The notes beneath the pieces are model-generated. The model had not been told where the DNA came from. It ran no database searches and saw only the letters and a program-made list of their open reading frames with translations. From an uncultured Bacilli bacterium (GTDB taxonomy: Bacteria > Bacillota_I > Bacilli_A > RF39 > UBA660), in contig CAKOOS010000004.1 in the NCBI GenBank assembly GCA_934098735.1, positions 6,044 through 70,043 on the forward strand: a stretch of 64,000 nucleotides of DNA, given 5' to 3'. Positions within the stretch are counted from its first letter, which is position 1; every line of letters begins with the position of its first letter. The translations under genes were made by a program, and so were the position numbers. Shown piece after piece: positions 1 through 9,874 of the stretch.

Positions 1-488
1 TAATAATCAAACGTTGTTGTACTTAAGGTATTTACATAATTTTTTAAATTGTAGTTTAAATTTTCTAAGGAACTTTTGCATTTTGGATCATTATTTTTAT
101 CAATGTCATAACATTTTTCATATAGATCTTTTTTCACTAATAATATTGTATTTATATTAAATGTATTAATAATAGTTTCAAAAGAATTTTTAGCATTGTC
201 ACTTAATTCTTTTTCTGTAAAAAGATTTTCAAAGTCAGAGCCAATAGTTATAATGTATGAATTAACAAATGAATTTCTTTTTACATTCTCAATATCGCTA
301 TTTTGTTCTAAAAAATTTTTAACATAGTTTGTTTTATAAATGTAAGAAATATCATCATAGTATAATCTTGTTTCTTCATCATTTATTATGGCATTATAAG
401 AATTATATAAATAAAGTAATGATGACGATAGTACTACGATTGTAATGATAGTTTCTATAAAAGTAAAACCATTTTTCTTTCTTGCCAT
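1..488 (-). CDS. Protein with a prepilin-type N-terminal cleavage/methylation motif (MARKKNGFTFIETIITIVVLS...), partial at the 3' end because the reading frame runs off the window start
   Basis: I translated the minus strand by hand: ATG at 486-488 preceded by AGAGGT, the class III signal motif G/FTxIE, and no stop before position 1. The supplied ORF track does not list it. Confidence 0.45.
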   Translation of the reverse strand, partial: MARKKNGFTFIETIITIVVLSSSLLYLYNSYNAIINDEETRLYYDDISYIYKTNYVKNFLEQNSDIENVKRNSFVNSYIITIGSDFENLFTEKELSDNAKNSFETIINTFNINTILLVKKDLYEKCYDIDKNNDPKCKSSLENLNYNLKNYVNTLSTTTFDY

Positions 489-720
489 ATTCTAACCTCT
501 AGTATATAAAAATGATAGCAAAAAAGCCAAAAAAAATCAACCATTACTGGTCTTATTACATATATTATTTATAGGTGATTACATGAAATGTTATAGAGGT
601 GGTAATGGTTTTACAGTAATAATTCTGTTCACATTAGCATTATTAATATTTTACCAAGCTATTGTAACATTAATTTTGCCTTTTCGTTTTAACATCTTTA
701 TTTTACTTTTAGAAATTTCC

Positions 721-1617
721 TTATTCTTTTTCTTCATGTTCCGAATAATATGGCCTTATTAATTCTTCTGTTTTAAAGATGTAATCTAAAACATCACTCA
801 TTTTTTGACAGCGTTCAAATTCATTTTGTGAGTTATCAATTTCTGGAGGTAAAGAGATTAAAATAAACAATAATTTTTTTTCATAATCTAAAAGAGGAAA
901 TTTATATATATATCTTGATAAAATTTCACTAAAATTTATATTCTTATATTCTTTTTTATATAACTTTACAATATCTATAATCGGAGTATCAATTAGATAA
1001 TTATCCCAGCTTATAATAGCATTTTTTTCATTTTCAAAAAAATGATTTATTTCTAAATTATTATGAACTACGCTTACTCTGATTTTTGTTTCATTAGAAA
1101 CTAAAGTAAACCAGTCATCTAAATTATTTGATGCAAAATCTAAAGCAGCTTTTACTTTGTAATAATTGCGCATATAAAGATAAGTTGATGGAGACATAAA
1201 CACTTCATGAAAGCCAATTTCATAAAGTGTTTTAAAATAATTTTTCAAATAATTTATATTACTTTTAATGTCTTCATAAATAGCTTTGTATGTATCTGGT
1301 GTTACTTCCTTAAAATAGCTAGTTTTATTATGCAAACTAGCTACAGTATCAATTAAATCAGCACATTTTTGTTCTTTGGGCGTTCTTACTTCTTCAAGCA
1401 TTTCAAAAACATTAACATCTTTTCGTGAAGAATCGATAATCTTTGGAAAAGAATCAAAACCTCTGCTTAATAAATAATTATATAATTCATTTAAATCCTT
1501 TTCTTTGGGTTTAATAATAAAGTCTCCACTACTTGTTTCAAGAATAGTTACTTTTCCTTTTATAGTGTATCTATAAGGCTTATAAATAGCCTTTAATACT
1601 TCTAAACTCCTATTCAT
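721..1617 (-). CDS. CotS/YsxE-like spore coat associated protein with a phosphotransferase-like fold and a degenerate HxDxxxxN motif
   Basis: 298 aa. It overlaps the downstream SpoVID-like gene by 8 nt, as ysxE-spoVID do in Bacillus. The kinase-like region is weakly recognisable. Confidence 0.35.
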   Translation of the reverse strand: MNRSLEVLKAIYKPYRYTIKGKVTILETSSGDFIIKPKEKDLNELYNYLLSRGFDSFPKIIDSSRKDVNVFEMLEEVRTPKEQKCADLIDTVASLHNKTSYFKEVTPDTYKAIYEDIKSNINYLKNYFKTLYEIGFHEVFMSPSTYLYMRNYYKVKAALDFASNNLDDWFTLVSNETKIRVSVVHNNLEINHFFENEKNAIISWDNYLIDTPIIDIVKLYKKEYKNINFSEILSRYIYKFPLLDYEKKLLFILISLPPEIDNSQNEFERCQKMSDVLDYIFKTEELIRPYYSEHEEKE

Positions 1618-2293
1618 CTATATTGGGAATTATTATTTTGTCTCCCATAGTAAGCGTACTTAAATCATTATATTCACTTAGTATACTTTGAGAAGTATTA
1701 TATTTTAAACAAATTGATTCCAAAGTATCACTTTCTTGCATTATATGAATATTATATGTTACATAATTATCTTCTGTTTCATTTATACTATTTAAAATAG
1801 TATTTTGAGTATCTTCATTTAATCTATCATCTTCCTTATCATTTTTAGATTTTTTAGGTTCTATTTCTATGGTCTTTTCCTCTTCTTCGACGGTGCTTTT
1901 TCTTTCATCTTCAATTTCATCTAATAAATTATCAAGCGATTCTTCAGTTGTGGGCTCAAATATTTCTTCTTTTACTTCATCAGCATTTATACTATATTCA
2001 ATATTTACACGTAATGTATCATTATCTATAACATCATAAGTAAAATCTTCAATTTCAAAATCAACTGAATCAGTATCTATTTTTGTAGTAAGATTAACTG
2101 AAAATGGTAAAACATGTTCAAAATGTTCTTTATTAATACTCACTTCATGACTTTTAAAATCTCCCGAAACAATAAAATTTCCTAAAATTTCTTCAGGATT
2201 AGCTGTATAATCATGTTCTAAGGAAATACTTAAAATTTCCGCAATGTTGCTCTTAAATTTAATATCTTTTGTAAATGGTATAATACAATTCAT
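1610..2293 (-). CDS. spoVID: SpoVID-like morphogenetic protein with an N-terminal SPOCS-like region (EILSISLEHDY), an acidic linker and a C-terminal LysM domain
   Basis: The N-terminus resembles the B. subtilis SpoVID N-terminus. The C-terminal LysM motif reads DTLESICLKYNTSQSILSEYNDL...GDKIIIP. Confidence 0.5.
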   Translation of the reverse strand: MNCIIPFTKDIKFKSNIAEILSISLEHDYTANPEEILGNFIVSGDFKSHEVSINKEHFEHVLPFSVNLTTKIDTDSVDFEIEDFTYDVIDNDTLRVNIEYSINADEVKEEIFEPTTEESLDNLLDEIEDERKSTVEEEEKTIEIEPKKSKNDKEDDRLNEDTQNTILNSINETEDNYVTYNIHIMQESDTLESICLKYNTSQSILSEYNDLSTLTMGDKIIIPNIDE

Positions 2294-2352
2294 ATTTTTC
2301 CTCCCTGTTTAATAATATGAAATCATTTATATACTTATACCAAAAAGGACTA

Positions 2353-2802
2353 TCAACTAGATAGTCCTAGATATTTTGCATAAACAGAATTATCATCAAT
2401 ATATATACATACTTTTTTATTATTTACATAATATCCTTCTTCATAATTTTCAGAATCAGTTTCATATTTAGTTTTTGTATAATCTATTAATACCTTTTCT
2501 TTATTTTGGACAGATACTTCTTTAGTTTTAATATAACCTCGATCTATTAAATTTTGAACAGTTACCTCTTTAGCACTATATTTAGTTTTTCCATCTACCG
2601 TGCACGTGCTATTTAAAATTGGTCTATTATCTTCACCAAATTTTTCAGCTGCTGTTTCAATCAAAGTAATATTGCTTTCCCACATACTATTATTTATAAT
2701 TTTTTTTACACTAGTAATTCCAACACTGCCAATAGTAAATATTATAGACATTAAAACTATAACAGAAAGTAGTTCTATTAAAGTAAACCCTTTTTTATTC
2801 AT
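2353..2802 (-). CDS. Type IV pilin or competence pseudopilin-like protein with a prepilin N-terminus KGFTLIELLSVIVLMSIIF
   Basis: Class III signal peptide (G/FTLIE) followed by a hydrophobic helix. 149 aa. Confidence 0.55.
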   Translation of the reverse strand: MNKKGFTLIELLSVIVLMSIIFTIGSVGITSVKKIINNSMWESNITLIETAAEKFGEDNRPILNSTCTVDGKTKYSAKEVTVQNLIDRGYIKTKEVSVQNKEKVLIDYTKTKYETDSENYEEGYYVNNKKVCIYIDDNSVYAKYLGLSS

Positions 2803-2808
2803 ATATAC

Positions 2809-3366
2809 CTACTTTAATAAAAGCTTTAAAGCTTCTTTGACTTGATTTTCTAAAGTACTGCTTTTATCTATTTGACCTATTACCTTTTTAATTTCAGCAT
2901 TTTTATATCCTAAAGCTACTAGAGTATCAATTAAATCTTCTGTACTATCGTTTTCAATTGCTTCAGTTGTTTCAATATTTATTTTTCCTTTTAAGTCTAA
3001 TATAATTTGTCTAGCTAACTTTTCACCTATTTTGGGAAACTTAGTTAAATATAAAATATTTTCTCGATCAATAGCATCAATTATTCCTGCTATAGATCCT
3101 GTTGCTAAGATTGGTAAAGCTAACTTAGCTCCTAGTCCTTTAACACTAATTAGTTTTATAAATAATTCATATTCTTCATTCGTTTTAAAACCATATAAAC
3201 TATATTCATCTTCACCTATTTTATTATAAACATATATTTTATATTCATTACCTATTTCATAACAAAATGGATTTGGAACATAAATTTGGTATCCTATATT
3301 ATTACATTCTATTATGACATTATTATTATTTATTTGAGTAATTTTACCGATAAAATAACTATACAT
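2809..3366 (-). CDS. ruvA: Holliday junction branch migration complex subunit RuvA
   Basis: 185 aa. N-terminal OB fold (MYSYFIGKI...), HhH region and C-terminal domain III. Confidence 0.8.
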   Translation of the reverse strand: MYSYFIGKITQINNNNVIIECNNIGYQIYVPNPFCYEIGNEYKIYVYNKIGEDEYSLYGFKTNEEYELFIKLISVKGLGAKLALPILATGSIAGIIDAIDRENILYLTKFPKIGEKLARQIILDLKGKINIETTEAIENDSTEDLIDTLVALGYKNAEIKKVIGQIDKSSTLENQVKEALKLLLK

Positions 3367-3718
3367 TTTTTGCCTCCATACAATTAAATAATATCATTTT
3401 TTAGATTAATTGGCAATTAGTTTCATATTATAAAGTATGAAACTAATTATTAAAAACACTTTATTTAATGAAGCCTCTAGCTATACTCAATTTAAAAATG
3501 ACTCTAAATCTTTTTTACTATTAAAAAATAGAAATTATTATTGGTCATTCTTTTTTAAAAAATGTGATTGTTTATTTATAGATAATCGAAATTCTGTTAT
3601 TTTAAAATATCTAAATATGCCCCGATTTAAATATATAACTAGTTATTATCCCAAAGAAAAAACCAGCATTTTACTACTTCACTGTAATGCTAGTTTGGGT
3701 ATAAGTATTGGTGATGTT

Positions 3719-4984
3719 TTATTCTTTGAAAGTGAACATATAATCTAGTATTGCTACTTCATCTCCAGGTTTAGCTCCCAGTTTTTCTAATTCTTCTTCT
3801 ATTTTCATTCCTTTAAATTTTCTTGCAAAACGCAAAACCCCTTCGTCTTCATTAAATTTAGTCATCTTTAAAAGCGTTTCTATTTCTTTTCCTTTTACAA
3901 CCCAAATATTTCCTTCTTTAGTAATTGTAAATGGTTTGTTATCTTCATATTTATAAAGTTTAAAAGTTTCAGTTTTATAAAGTTCAACTTTAGGAATACT
4001 TTCTAGTAGTTTTTCTAAGTATACCATAAGTTCATCAATACCTTGCATTGTATATGCACTTATTTCAAAAACATCTAAATTTGGATATGCTTTTTTAAAT
4101 AATTTTAAATTTTCTCTGGCAAGAGGAAGATCCATTTTACTTGCAACTACTATCTCTTTTTTATTTTTTAAAATATCATTATAAGATTCTACTTCATTTC
4201 TAATTATCTTGTAATCATTTATTGGATCTCTTCCTTCACTTGCTCCCATGTCAATGACATGAGCTAAAATTCTAGTTCGCATAGCATGTTTTAAAAATTC
4301 ATCGCCTAGTCCAACACCTTCATGAGCGCCTTCTATTAGTCCTGGTAAATCAGCCATAACAAATGATTTATTATTCTTTAATTTTACTACTCCAAGATTT
4401 GGACTTAACGTTGTAAAATGATAAGCTGCTATTTTAGGTTTTGATGCTGATATAACAGAAAGGAGTGTAGACTTTCCAACACTTGGCATACCGATTAGCC
4501 CAACATCTGCTAAGACTTTTAATTCAAGTCTAATTTCTTTTTCTTCTCCTGGTTCACCTTTTTCACTAAATTTTGGAGCTGGCACATCATGGGTCGCAAA
4601 AGATTTATTTCCTTTGCCTCCGCGACCTCCTCTTGCAATAATAAATTTTTCTTTATCATTTATTAAATCTACAATTACTTCATTAGTTAAATTATCATAA
4701 ATTGTGGTTCCTTCTGGTACACTTATAATTATATCTTCAGCATTTTTTCCATATTTATTTGAACCTTTGCCATTTTCTCCTTTTGAACCTTTTATTATTT
4801 TTTTATAGCTTAAGTCAACCAAAGTTTTAAGATTTTTATCAACTTTAAAAATAATACTAGCACCTTTACCACCATTTCCACCATCTGGTCCTCCCATAGG
4901 AACAAATTTTTCACGTCTAAATGAGGTACAACCATCTCCACCTGGTCCAGCTATTAATTTTATAGTTAGTTCATCTACAAACAT
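3719..4984 (-). CDS. obg: GTPase Obg/CgtA
   Basis: Glycine-rich Obg fold (GGDGGNGGKGASIIF), the G1 motif GMPSVGKST and a C-terminal TGS-like OCT domain. Confidence 0.9.
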   Translation of the reverse strand: MFVDELTIKLIAGPGGDGCTSFRREKFVPMGGPDGGNGGKGASIIFKVDKNLKTLVDLSYKKIIKGSKGENGKGSNKYGKNAEDIIISVPEGTTIYDNLTNEVIVDLINDKEKFIIARGGRGGKGNKSFATHDVPAPKFSEKGEPGEEKEIRLELKVLADVGLIGMPSVGKSTLLSVISASKPKIAAYHFTTLSPNLGVVKLKNNKSFVMADLPGLIEGAHEGVGLGDEFLKHAMRTRILAHVIDMGASEGRDPINDYKIIRNEVESYNDILKNKKEIVVASKMDLPLARENLKLFKKAYPNLDVFEISAYTMQGIDELMVYLEKLLESIPKVELYKTETFKLYKYEDNKPFTITKEGNIWVVKGKEIETLLKMTKFNEDEGVLRFARKFKGMKIEEELEKLGAKPGDEVAILDYMFTFKE

Positions 4985-5052
4985 AAAAATCCCTCCTTGT
5001 TTTCTTATATTTTAGCATGGTAAAATATAAAAAACAACTGAAAGTAATTATT

Positions 5053-5086
5053 TGCATTATTTACAACTTATGATATAATTTAGCAA
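5053..5086 (+). promoter_or_regulatory. Sigma-A type promoter for trmB: TTGCAT, a 16-nt spacer, then TGATATAAT (extended -10)
   Basis: Read from the sequence upstream of the trmB start. Confidence 0.35.
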
Positions 5087-5100
5087 GAAAGAAGGACAAT

Positions 5101-5739
5101 ATGGAATATAATGTTATAAAAAATGCTGACAAAATTATTGAAAGAAGCTCTTATTTTATCAAAAACCCTTATAAATATAAAAATAATTGGTCTAGTTTAT
5201 TTAATAATACAAATCCTATATCTTTGGAACTTGGAATGGGTCGTGGAGATTTTATAATAAATATGGCTAAAAAGTATCCAAATACTAATTTTATTGGTTT
5301 GGAACTATATCCATCACAAATGGTAAAGGCAACAGAAAGATTAGAAAAAGAAAAGTTAAATAATATAAAATTAATTAATGCTGATGCTAGAGAACTTGCT
5401 AATATTTTTGGTAAGGAAATAACAACTATATATTTAACATTTTCAGAACCTTGGCCTAAAAAAAGAGATGAAAAAAATAGATTTACTCATGAAAGCTATT
5501 TAAAACTTTATGATCGAATTTTCAAAAAAAATAAACACATTATTTTAAAAACTGATAATAAAGGCCTATTTGCTTACTCTTTAGAAACTTTATCGCAATA
5601 TTGGTATGTTTTTACTCGCGTAAGCTTAGATTTACATCATGATGAAAATCACATTGATAATATTATGACAGATTTTGAAAAACAATATTTTAAAGAAGGT
5701 CGCCCTATTTATTATGTTGATGCTAAATTTGATAATTAA
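5101..5739 (+). CDS. trmB: tRNA (guanine-N7)-methyltransferase
   Basis: SAM-binding motif ELGMGRGDF plus the TrmB family pattern. 212 aa. Confidence 0.85.
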   Translation: MEYNVIKNADKIIERSSYFIKNPYKYKNNWSSLFNNTNPISLELGMGRGDFIINMAKKYPNTNFIGLELYPSQMVKATERLEKEKLNNIKLINADARELANIFGKEITTIYLTFSEPWPKKRDEKNRFTHESYLKLYDRIFKKNKHIILKTDNKGLFAYSLETLSQYWYVFTRVSLDLHHDENHIDNIMTDFEKQYFKEGRPIYYVDAKFDN

Positions 5740-5744
5740 TATTA

Positions 5745-5798
5745 TCTTTTTTTATGCATAAAAAAAGCGTTTACTAAGCTTCGTAAACGCTAACTTTC
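5745..5798. terminator. Bidirectional rho-independent terminator with the palindrome AGCGTTTAC..GTAAACGCT flanked by A and T runs. It overlaps the last codons of rpmA.
   Basis: The hairpin sits between the convergent genes trmB and rpmA. Confidence 0.5.
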
Positions 5799-6058
5799 TT
5801 TCTATCTTTTCCTAATTTTTCATATTTAACCACACCAGTTACTTTAGCAAATAATGTGTGATCTTTTCCCATTCCAACATTTGTTCCTGGATAAATTCTT
5901 GTTCCTCTTTGACGATAAAGAATTGAACCTGCTGTTACAGTTTCACCATCACTAGCTTTAGCACCAAGTCTACGACCAGCTGAATCTCTACCATTTTTTG
6001 TTGAACCTTGAGCTTTAACGTGCGCAAATAATTGGATGTTTAACTTCATGAAATTCAT
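5774..6058 (-). CDS. rpmA: 50S ribosomal protein L27 with an N-terminal propeptide ([12 protein letters not shown]...). The true start is probably the M at 6049.
   Basis: [15 protein letters not shown] core. A Prp-cleavable N-terminal extension is typical of Firmicutes. Confidence 0.9.
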   Translation of the reverse strand: MNFMKLNIQLFAHVKAQGSTKNGRDSAGRRLGAKASDGETVTAGSILYRQRGTRIYPGTNVGMGKDHTLFAKVTGVVKYEKLGKDRKKVSVYEA

Positions 6059-6357
6059 AGTTTTTCCTCCTTAATTATTTTAATATTTTTAGGATAAGTA
6101 TCTGCTAATTCTTCTAACATTGCTAGCATATTTTCTATAACTAGCTTAATATTTTCTGAATTTTTTATTATTTCAATTATTAATTTATTATCAAAACAAT
6201 CATATTTTATAGATTCTTTATCCATTCTCAAACATAAATTAATACTAGTAATTACAATTGAAGATGCACTAGCACATACTATGTCCTTGCCATAATCAGC
6301 AAAATTAGCATGACCTTTTATAATTATTTTTTCACTACTAATACTTACTTTAATCAT
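6055..6357 (-). CDS. prp: Ribosomal-processing cysteine protease Prp (YsxB)
   Basis: It lies between rplU and rpmA, with a GHA...DIVCASAS catalytic His/Cys pattern. Confidence 0.75.
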   Translation of the reverse strand: MIKVSISSEKIIIKGHANFADYGKDIVCASASSIVITSINLCLRMDKESIKYDCFDNKLIIEIIKNSENIKLVIENMLAMLEELADTYPKNIKIIKEEKL

Positions 6358-6653
6358 TAGCCGATTTTCTTAACTACTAATTTAGTATATGGTTGTCTGT
6401 GACCTTGAGTTTTTCTGTATTTTTTCTTAGGTCTGTATTTAAACACTTTAATTTTTTTGTTTTTTCCGTGTTTTTCTACAGTACATACAACACTTACTTT
6501 TTCAACGTATGGATTACCAGCAACGCCATTAGCAAATAAAACTTTATCAAAAGTTATATCGCTACCTACTTCAGCATCTAATTTTTCAACAAAAATTACG
6601 TCTCCTTCAGTAACATAGTATTGTTTTCCACCAGTTTCAAATATAGCTTTCAT
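6357..6653 (-). CDS. rplU: 50S ribosomal protein L21
   Basis: [14 protein letters not shown]... is a canonical L21 sequence. Confidence 0.9.
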   Translation of the reverse strand: MKAIFETGGKQYYVTEGDVIFVEKLDAEVGSDITFDKVLFANGVAGNPYVEKVSVVCTVEKHGKNKKIKVFKYRPKKKYRKTQGHRQPYTKLVVKKIG

Positions 6654-6757
6654 TTCATACCTCCTTATTTTTTTGAAGTCGCGCCATTAAGGTACATTAT
6701 GTTTTAACCTCTTCTGTGCGGTTTTTTAAGAAATTACTTAAAAACAAATTAATTCTA

Positions 6758-7507
6758 TCAAATATACCCTGAATTGTCAAATTTTTCTTGCAATTTCGTA
6801 GATTCACTAATAATTTTTCCATCTTCTTTAAAAAATTGATAAGTTTCTAGTTTTAAAATATTTAAGGATCCTTTTTTAGTACTTATAAAACGATAATCAT
6901 AATTTTTTAGATATCTTTCTAATAAAAAACGATTATAAATATATTTGTAATCTTTTATGGACTTATATAGTTTAAATATAAATAAAAAAACTATTAAATA
7001 ATTATTAAGAGCAAACCAAAAATTAAAAACAATATAAATAGTTATTGATAATATACTTAATGTAACATAAATAAAATAAGATTTTTGAAAAGAAAAGAAA
7101 CGATTTAATATTGCTTTTAAAATTAAGCTTCCATCTAGTGGAATGATTGGTAAAATATTAAATATCATGATACTTAAATTATATTTTTCAAAAATATCTT
7201 TCATATCACTTTGAGGAAGAAATTTTAATACAAACATTAAAATAATTTGCATAATAATACCTGCACTTGCAATTACTATTTCTTTTTTTACTGGTGTATT
7301 TATATCTTTTTCAAGTTTAGTTATACCTCCAAAAGGATATAAAGTAACTTCTAAAACCTTATAATGAAATAATTTACTTGCTAGTACATGACCTAGTTCA
7401 TGAATAATTACAATTAAAAAAATAATCAAACCTATTTTTATATATCCACATAAAAAAAGAATAAAAAGAAAATACCACGTTAAGTAATTAATTTTTATAA
7501 TCTTCAT
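6758..7507 (-). CDS. spoIVFB: M50 family site-2 metalloprotease, SpoIVFB-like (HELGH motif in a transmembrane helix)
   Basis: HELGHVLAS motif in a polytopic membrane protein. Its position matches the Bacillus spoIVFA-spoIVFB-rplU order. Confidence 0.6.
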   Translation of the reverse strand: MKIIKINYLTWYFLFILFLCGYIKIGLIIFLIVIIHELGHVLASKLFHYKVLEVTLYPFGGITKLEKDINTPVKKEIVIASAGIIMQIILMFVLKFLPQSDMKDIFEKYNLSIMIFNILPIIPLDGSLILKAILNRFFSFQKSYFIYVTLSILSITIYIVFNFWFALNNYLIVFLFIFKLYKSIKDYKYIYNRFLLERYLKNYDYRFISTKKGSLNILKLETYQFFKEDGKIISESTKLQEKFDNSGYI

Positions 7508-8093
7508 ATTTTATAAACTCATTGTCTTTTTTTATAACAAGATATAATTTATCATCGACTGTTTCACCTATTACGGTATCTTTTTCAATATAATCATATA
7601 GCTTTACAGCAACGTTTGTTATATTACCATACCAAATATCTACTCCATCTATTCCTTGCACTATAACTGTATTTCCATAGCCACCTTTTTCCCCAATAAA
7701 AACTACAATTCCACTAGTTATATTGTTTACTAATGTGTGATTATTTACTTTTAAAAGTTCACCATCAGCATAGTTTTCAATTTCTTTATAAATTAATTTT
7801 CCATCAAATACCATCTTTGAATTATCATTTTTAGGCAGTACTTCACCGAATAAATCTTCATACCACCCTTTTATTTTAGTAAATGGCAGGCTTTCTGTTA
7901 AAACATACTCTTTATATAATAATAAATTTTTATCACTCATATTTGTAAATATAATACTTACAAGGAAGAATATTACCGCTAATAAAAATTTAGAAATATA
8001 ACCTTTTATATTTAACGAAATATTATTTTTAGGCAAATTACTACTTTTCTTTTTATTTTTAAAATTAGCTAAATATTCTTCCATAAGCTTCAC
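7488..8093 (-). CDS. spoIVFA: SpoIVFA-like protein with a degenerate LytM/M23 domain (GGYGNTVIVQ, no catalytic His)
   Basis: N-terminal transmembrane anchor and a C-terminal degenerate M23 domain. It overlaps the M50 protease gene. Confidence 0.45.
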   Translation of the reverse strand: MKLMEEYLANFKNKKKSSNLPKNNISLNIKGYISKFLLAVIFFLVSIIFTNMSDKNLLLYKEYVLTESLPFTKIKGWYEDLFGEVLPKNDNSKMVFDGKLIYKEIENYADGELLKVNNHTLVNNITSGIVVFIGEKGGYGNTVIVQGIDGVDIWYGNITNVAVKLYDYIEKDTVIGETVDDKLYLVIKKDNEFIKYEDYKN

Positions 8094-8473
8094 CCATACA
8101 AGTTTATGCTAGCTAAATACTTTTTATAACTTATTAAAATTAAGATACTATTTATAAAAAAAATGTTTGGAATCATATTAAATTTTGGATATTCTAAAAT
8201 AGATAAAAGTATGTAATAAAGAAATACAACTCCTATATTAAATATATAATAATTTAAAATATTGTAGAAATTTATTTTTAATTTATGTCTTATGATAAAA
8301 ATTAAAATCATAAAAATAGTTGTTGGAAAATAAAGATGGATTATAAAGTAATCTACAAATAAACCTACAGCTATATTATAAATAATGCTTCGGTAATTAA
8401 GGCTTGTTAAAAAGAAAAAAGATTTATTAGTGGTATAATTATATATTAAAACATCTATAAATACATTTATCAT
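8090..8473 (-). CDS. mreD: Rod shape-determining protein MreD-like small polytopic membrane protein
   Basis: Hydrophobic 127-aa protein immediately downstream of and overlapping mreC. Confidence 0.4.
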   Translation of the reverse strand: MINVFIDVLIYNYTTNKSFFFLTSLNYRSIIYNIAVGLFVDYFIIHLYFPTTIFMILIFIIRHKLKINFYNILNYYIFNIGVVFLYYILLSILEYPKFNMIPNIFFINSILILISYKKYLASINLYG

Positions 8474-9129
8474 TTATAATCACCATAAACAAATAAATAA
8501 TTTAATTCATTTAAATTTGCCCCAGTTTTTACTTTAACAATTTTTTCTATTTGAGTTTTATTTAGGTTAATTTCTTCAACAGTTCCTACAAAAATATTTT
8601 TAGGAAGATTACCAAGCCCTGATGTATAAATAGCATCCCCAACATTTATGTTTTCATAATTATTAATATCTGTAACAACTAATTCATTTTTTTGCATTTT
8701 TAAAATACCAACTGAATCGTTAATTGATACTGATATATTACTTGATTTACTTGTTATTAAACTACCAATACTATATCTTTCAAAAGTTTTGGTTATAACA
8801 CCTACTAAACCATCATTAGTTAGTATTGCACTACCAACATTTATATGATCTTTAAAACCTTTAAAAATAGTTATAGTATTACTAAACTCATAAACATTAC
8901 GATATTTAACTTTACTTATAATTAAATTAAGATCAGATTCTTCTTTTATATCATTATACTCTTTTAAACTTCTATATTCTTTTTCTAGATTAGTATCATA
9001 ATTTTTTTCTATTTTATCTTGTTTTAAATTAGGATTTATATTACTTAAAAAACCATTTATATGACTACTAAAAATGATTAATAAAAATACTCCAATTAAA
9101 ATAATATAATCTTTACTTTTCTTTCTCAT
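8470..9129 (-). CDS. mreC: Rod shape-determining protein MreC
   Basis: N-terminal anchor, coiled coil and a beta-rich C-terminal domain (GLGNLPKNIFVGTV). Confidence 0.65.
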   Translation of the reverse strand: MRKKSKDYIILIGVFLLIIFSSHINGFLSNINPNLKQDKIEKNYDTNLEKEYRSLKEYNDIKEESDLNLIISKVKYRNVYEFSNTITIFKGFKDHINVGSAILTNDGLVGVITKTFERYSIGSLITSKSSNISVSINDSVGILKMQKNELVVTDINNYENINVGDAIYTSGLGNLPKNIFVGTVEEINLNKTQIEKIVKVKTGANLNELNYLFVYGDYK

Positions 9130-9142
9130 ATTTTTATTATGC

Positions 9143-9592
9143 TTATTTATCTAAAATATATGTGTCAAACAAAGATAACATAGATGATTCAAGATTATTA
9201 ATTACTTCTTCATTATCACTTTTTTGAAGAATACTTTCATAACTTGCTATTTTTTCAATAAAGCTTTTAGTTACTTTTATCTCTTTTTTATAATAATTAA
9301 TTTCTTTGTTTTGATAAATATTTTCCAGCTTTAATATATTATCTTTTAAACTAGATAACGATATAATTACTCTGTAATAATCTTCATTTTTATAAATATA
9401 GGAAACTGGATAAGTATCTGCAACTTTTTGGGCATTTTGATAATTTTTAAACACTCCGACTTGAAAAAGAGTAATTACTTCTTCTTTTTTGGTTATAGCC
9501 CTTACTTCTTTGTTAATGTCTTTATAAAAAAAGAATGCAATTATTGCTCCACACATACCAGCAACTAATAAAATTTTTAAGTATTTTTTCAT
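9143..9592 (-). CDS. SPOR domain membrane protein
   Basis: The sequence LFQVGVFKNYQNAQKVADTYP...YRVI matches the SPOR peptidoglycan-binding motif. Confidence 0.45.
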   Translation of the reverse strand: MKKYLKILLVAGMCGAIIAFFFYKDINKEVRAITKKEEVITLFQVGVFKNYQNAQKVADTYPVSYIYKNEDYYRVIISLSSLKDNILKLENIYQNKEINYYKKEIKVTKSFIEKIASYESILQKSDNEEVINNLESSMLSLFDTYILDK

Positions 9593-9683
9593 ATTATCAC
9601 CCAGCTATATTCTAACAAATTATAAATAAATTATTTGTCGCTTTTTAGCTTTAAAACAAGAAAAAAATAGTCTTTTTTGACTA

Positions 9684-9845
9684 TTAATTCATTTTCTTAG
9701 CAATCATAGCTTCAGCACTGTCCATGGCTTTTAACATCGTCTTACCAGTTTTTTTGCGGGCATTTTTATTTTGCATTAAATAAACGCCTCCACCAACAGC
9801 TGCTACAGCACCTGAAATTGCCATTATTTTTAACATTTGTTTCAT
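9684..9845 (-). CDS. Small glycine-zipper membrane protein, 53 aa (MKQMLKIMAISGAVAAVGGGVYLM...), absent from the ORF track
   Basis: Translated by hand. A GAGGTGG Shine-Dalgarno sits 4 nt before the ATG, and a hairpin plus T-run terminator (9662-9688) follows the stop. Confidence 0.35.
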   Translation of the reverse strand: MKQMLKIMAISGAVAAVGGGVYLMQNKNARKKTGKTMLKAMDSAEAMIAKKMN

Positions 9846-9874
9846 AATCCACCTCATTATTATTATGAGTGTTT

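Noticed and set aside
583-760. Short plus-strand ORF MKCYRGGNGFTVIILFTLALL..., weakly pilin-like
   Set aside because: It lacks the Glu+5 of true prepilins, overlaps the 3' end of the 721..1617 gene, and has no clear Shine-Dalgarno.
2600-3229. Plus-strand ORFs 2600..2845 and 3032..3229, and similar short ORFs antisense to dnaJ, tldD, dnaK, grpE, polC, mraY, PBP, mutL, yqeH and others
   Set aside because: They lie wholly inside well-supported genes on the opposite strand. They have low-complexity composition and no Shine-Dalgarno. They are typical AT-rich antisense artefacts.
3437-3748. ORF of 103 aa between ruvA and obg
   Set aside because: It overlaps the 3' end of obg, is Phe/Lys/Asn low-complexity, and has no Shine-Dalgarno or recognisable domain.
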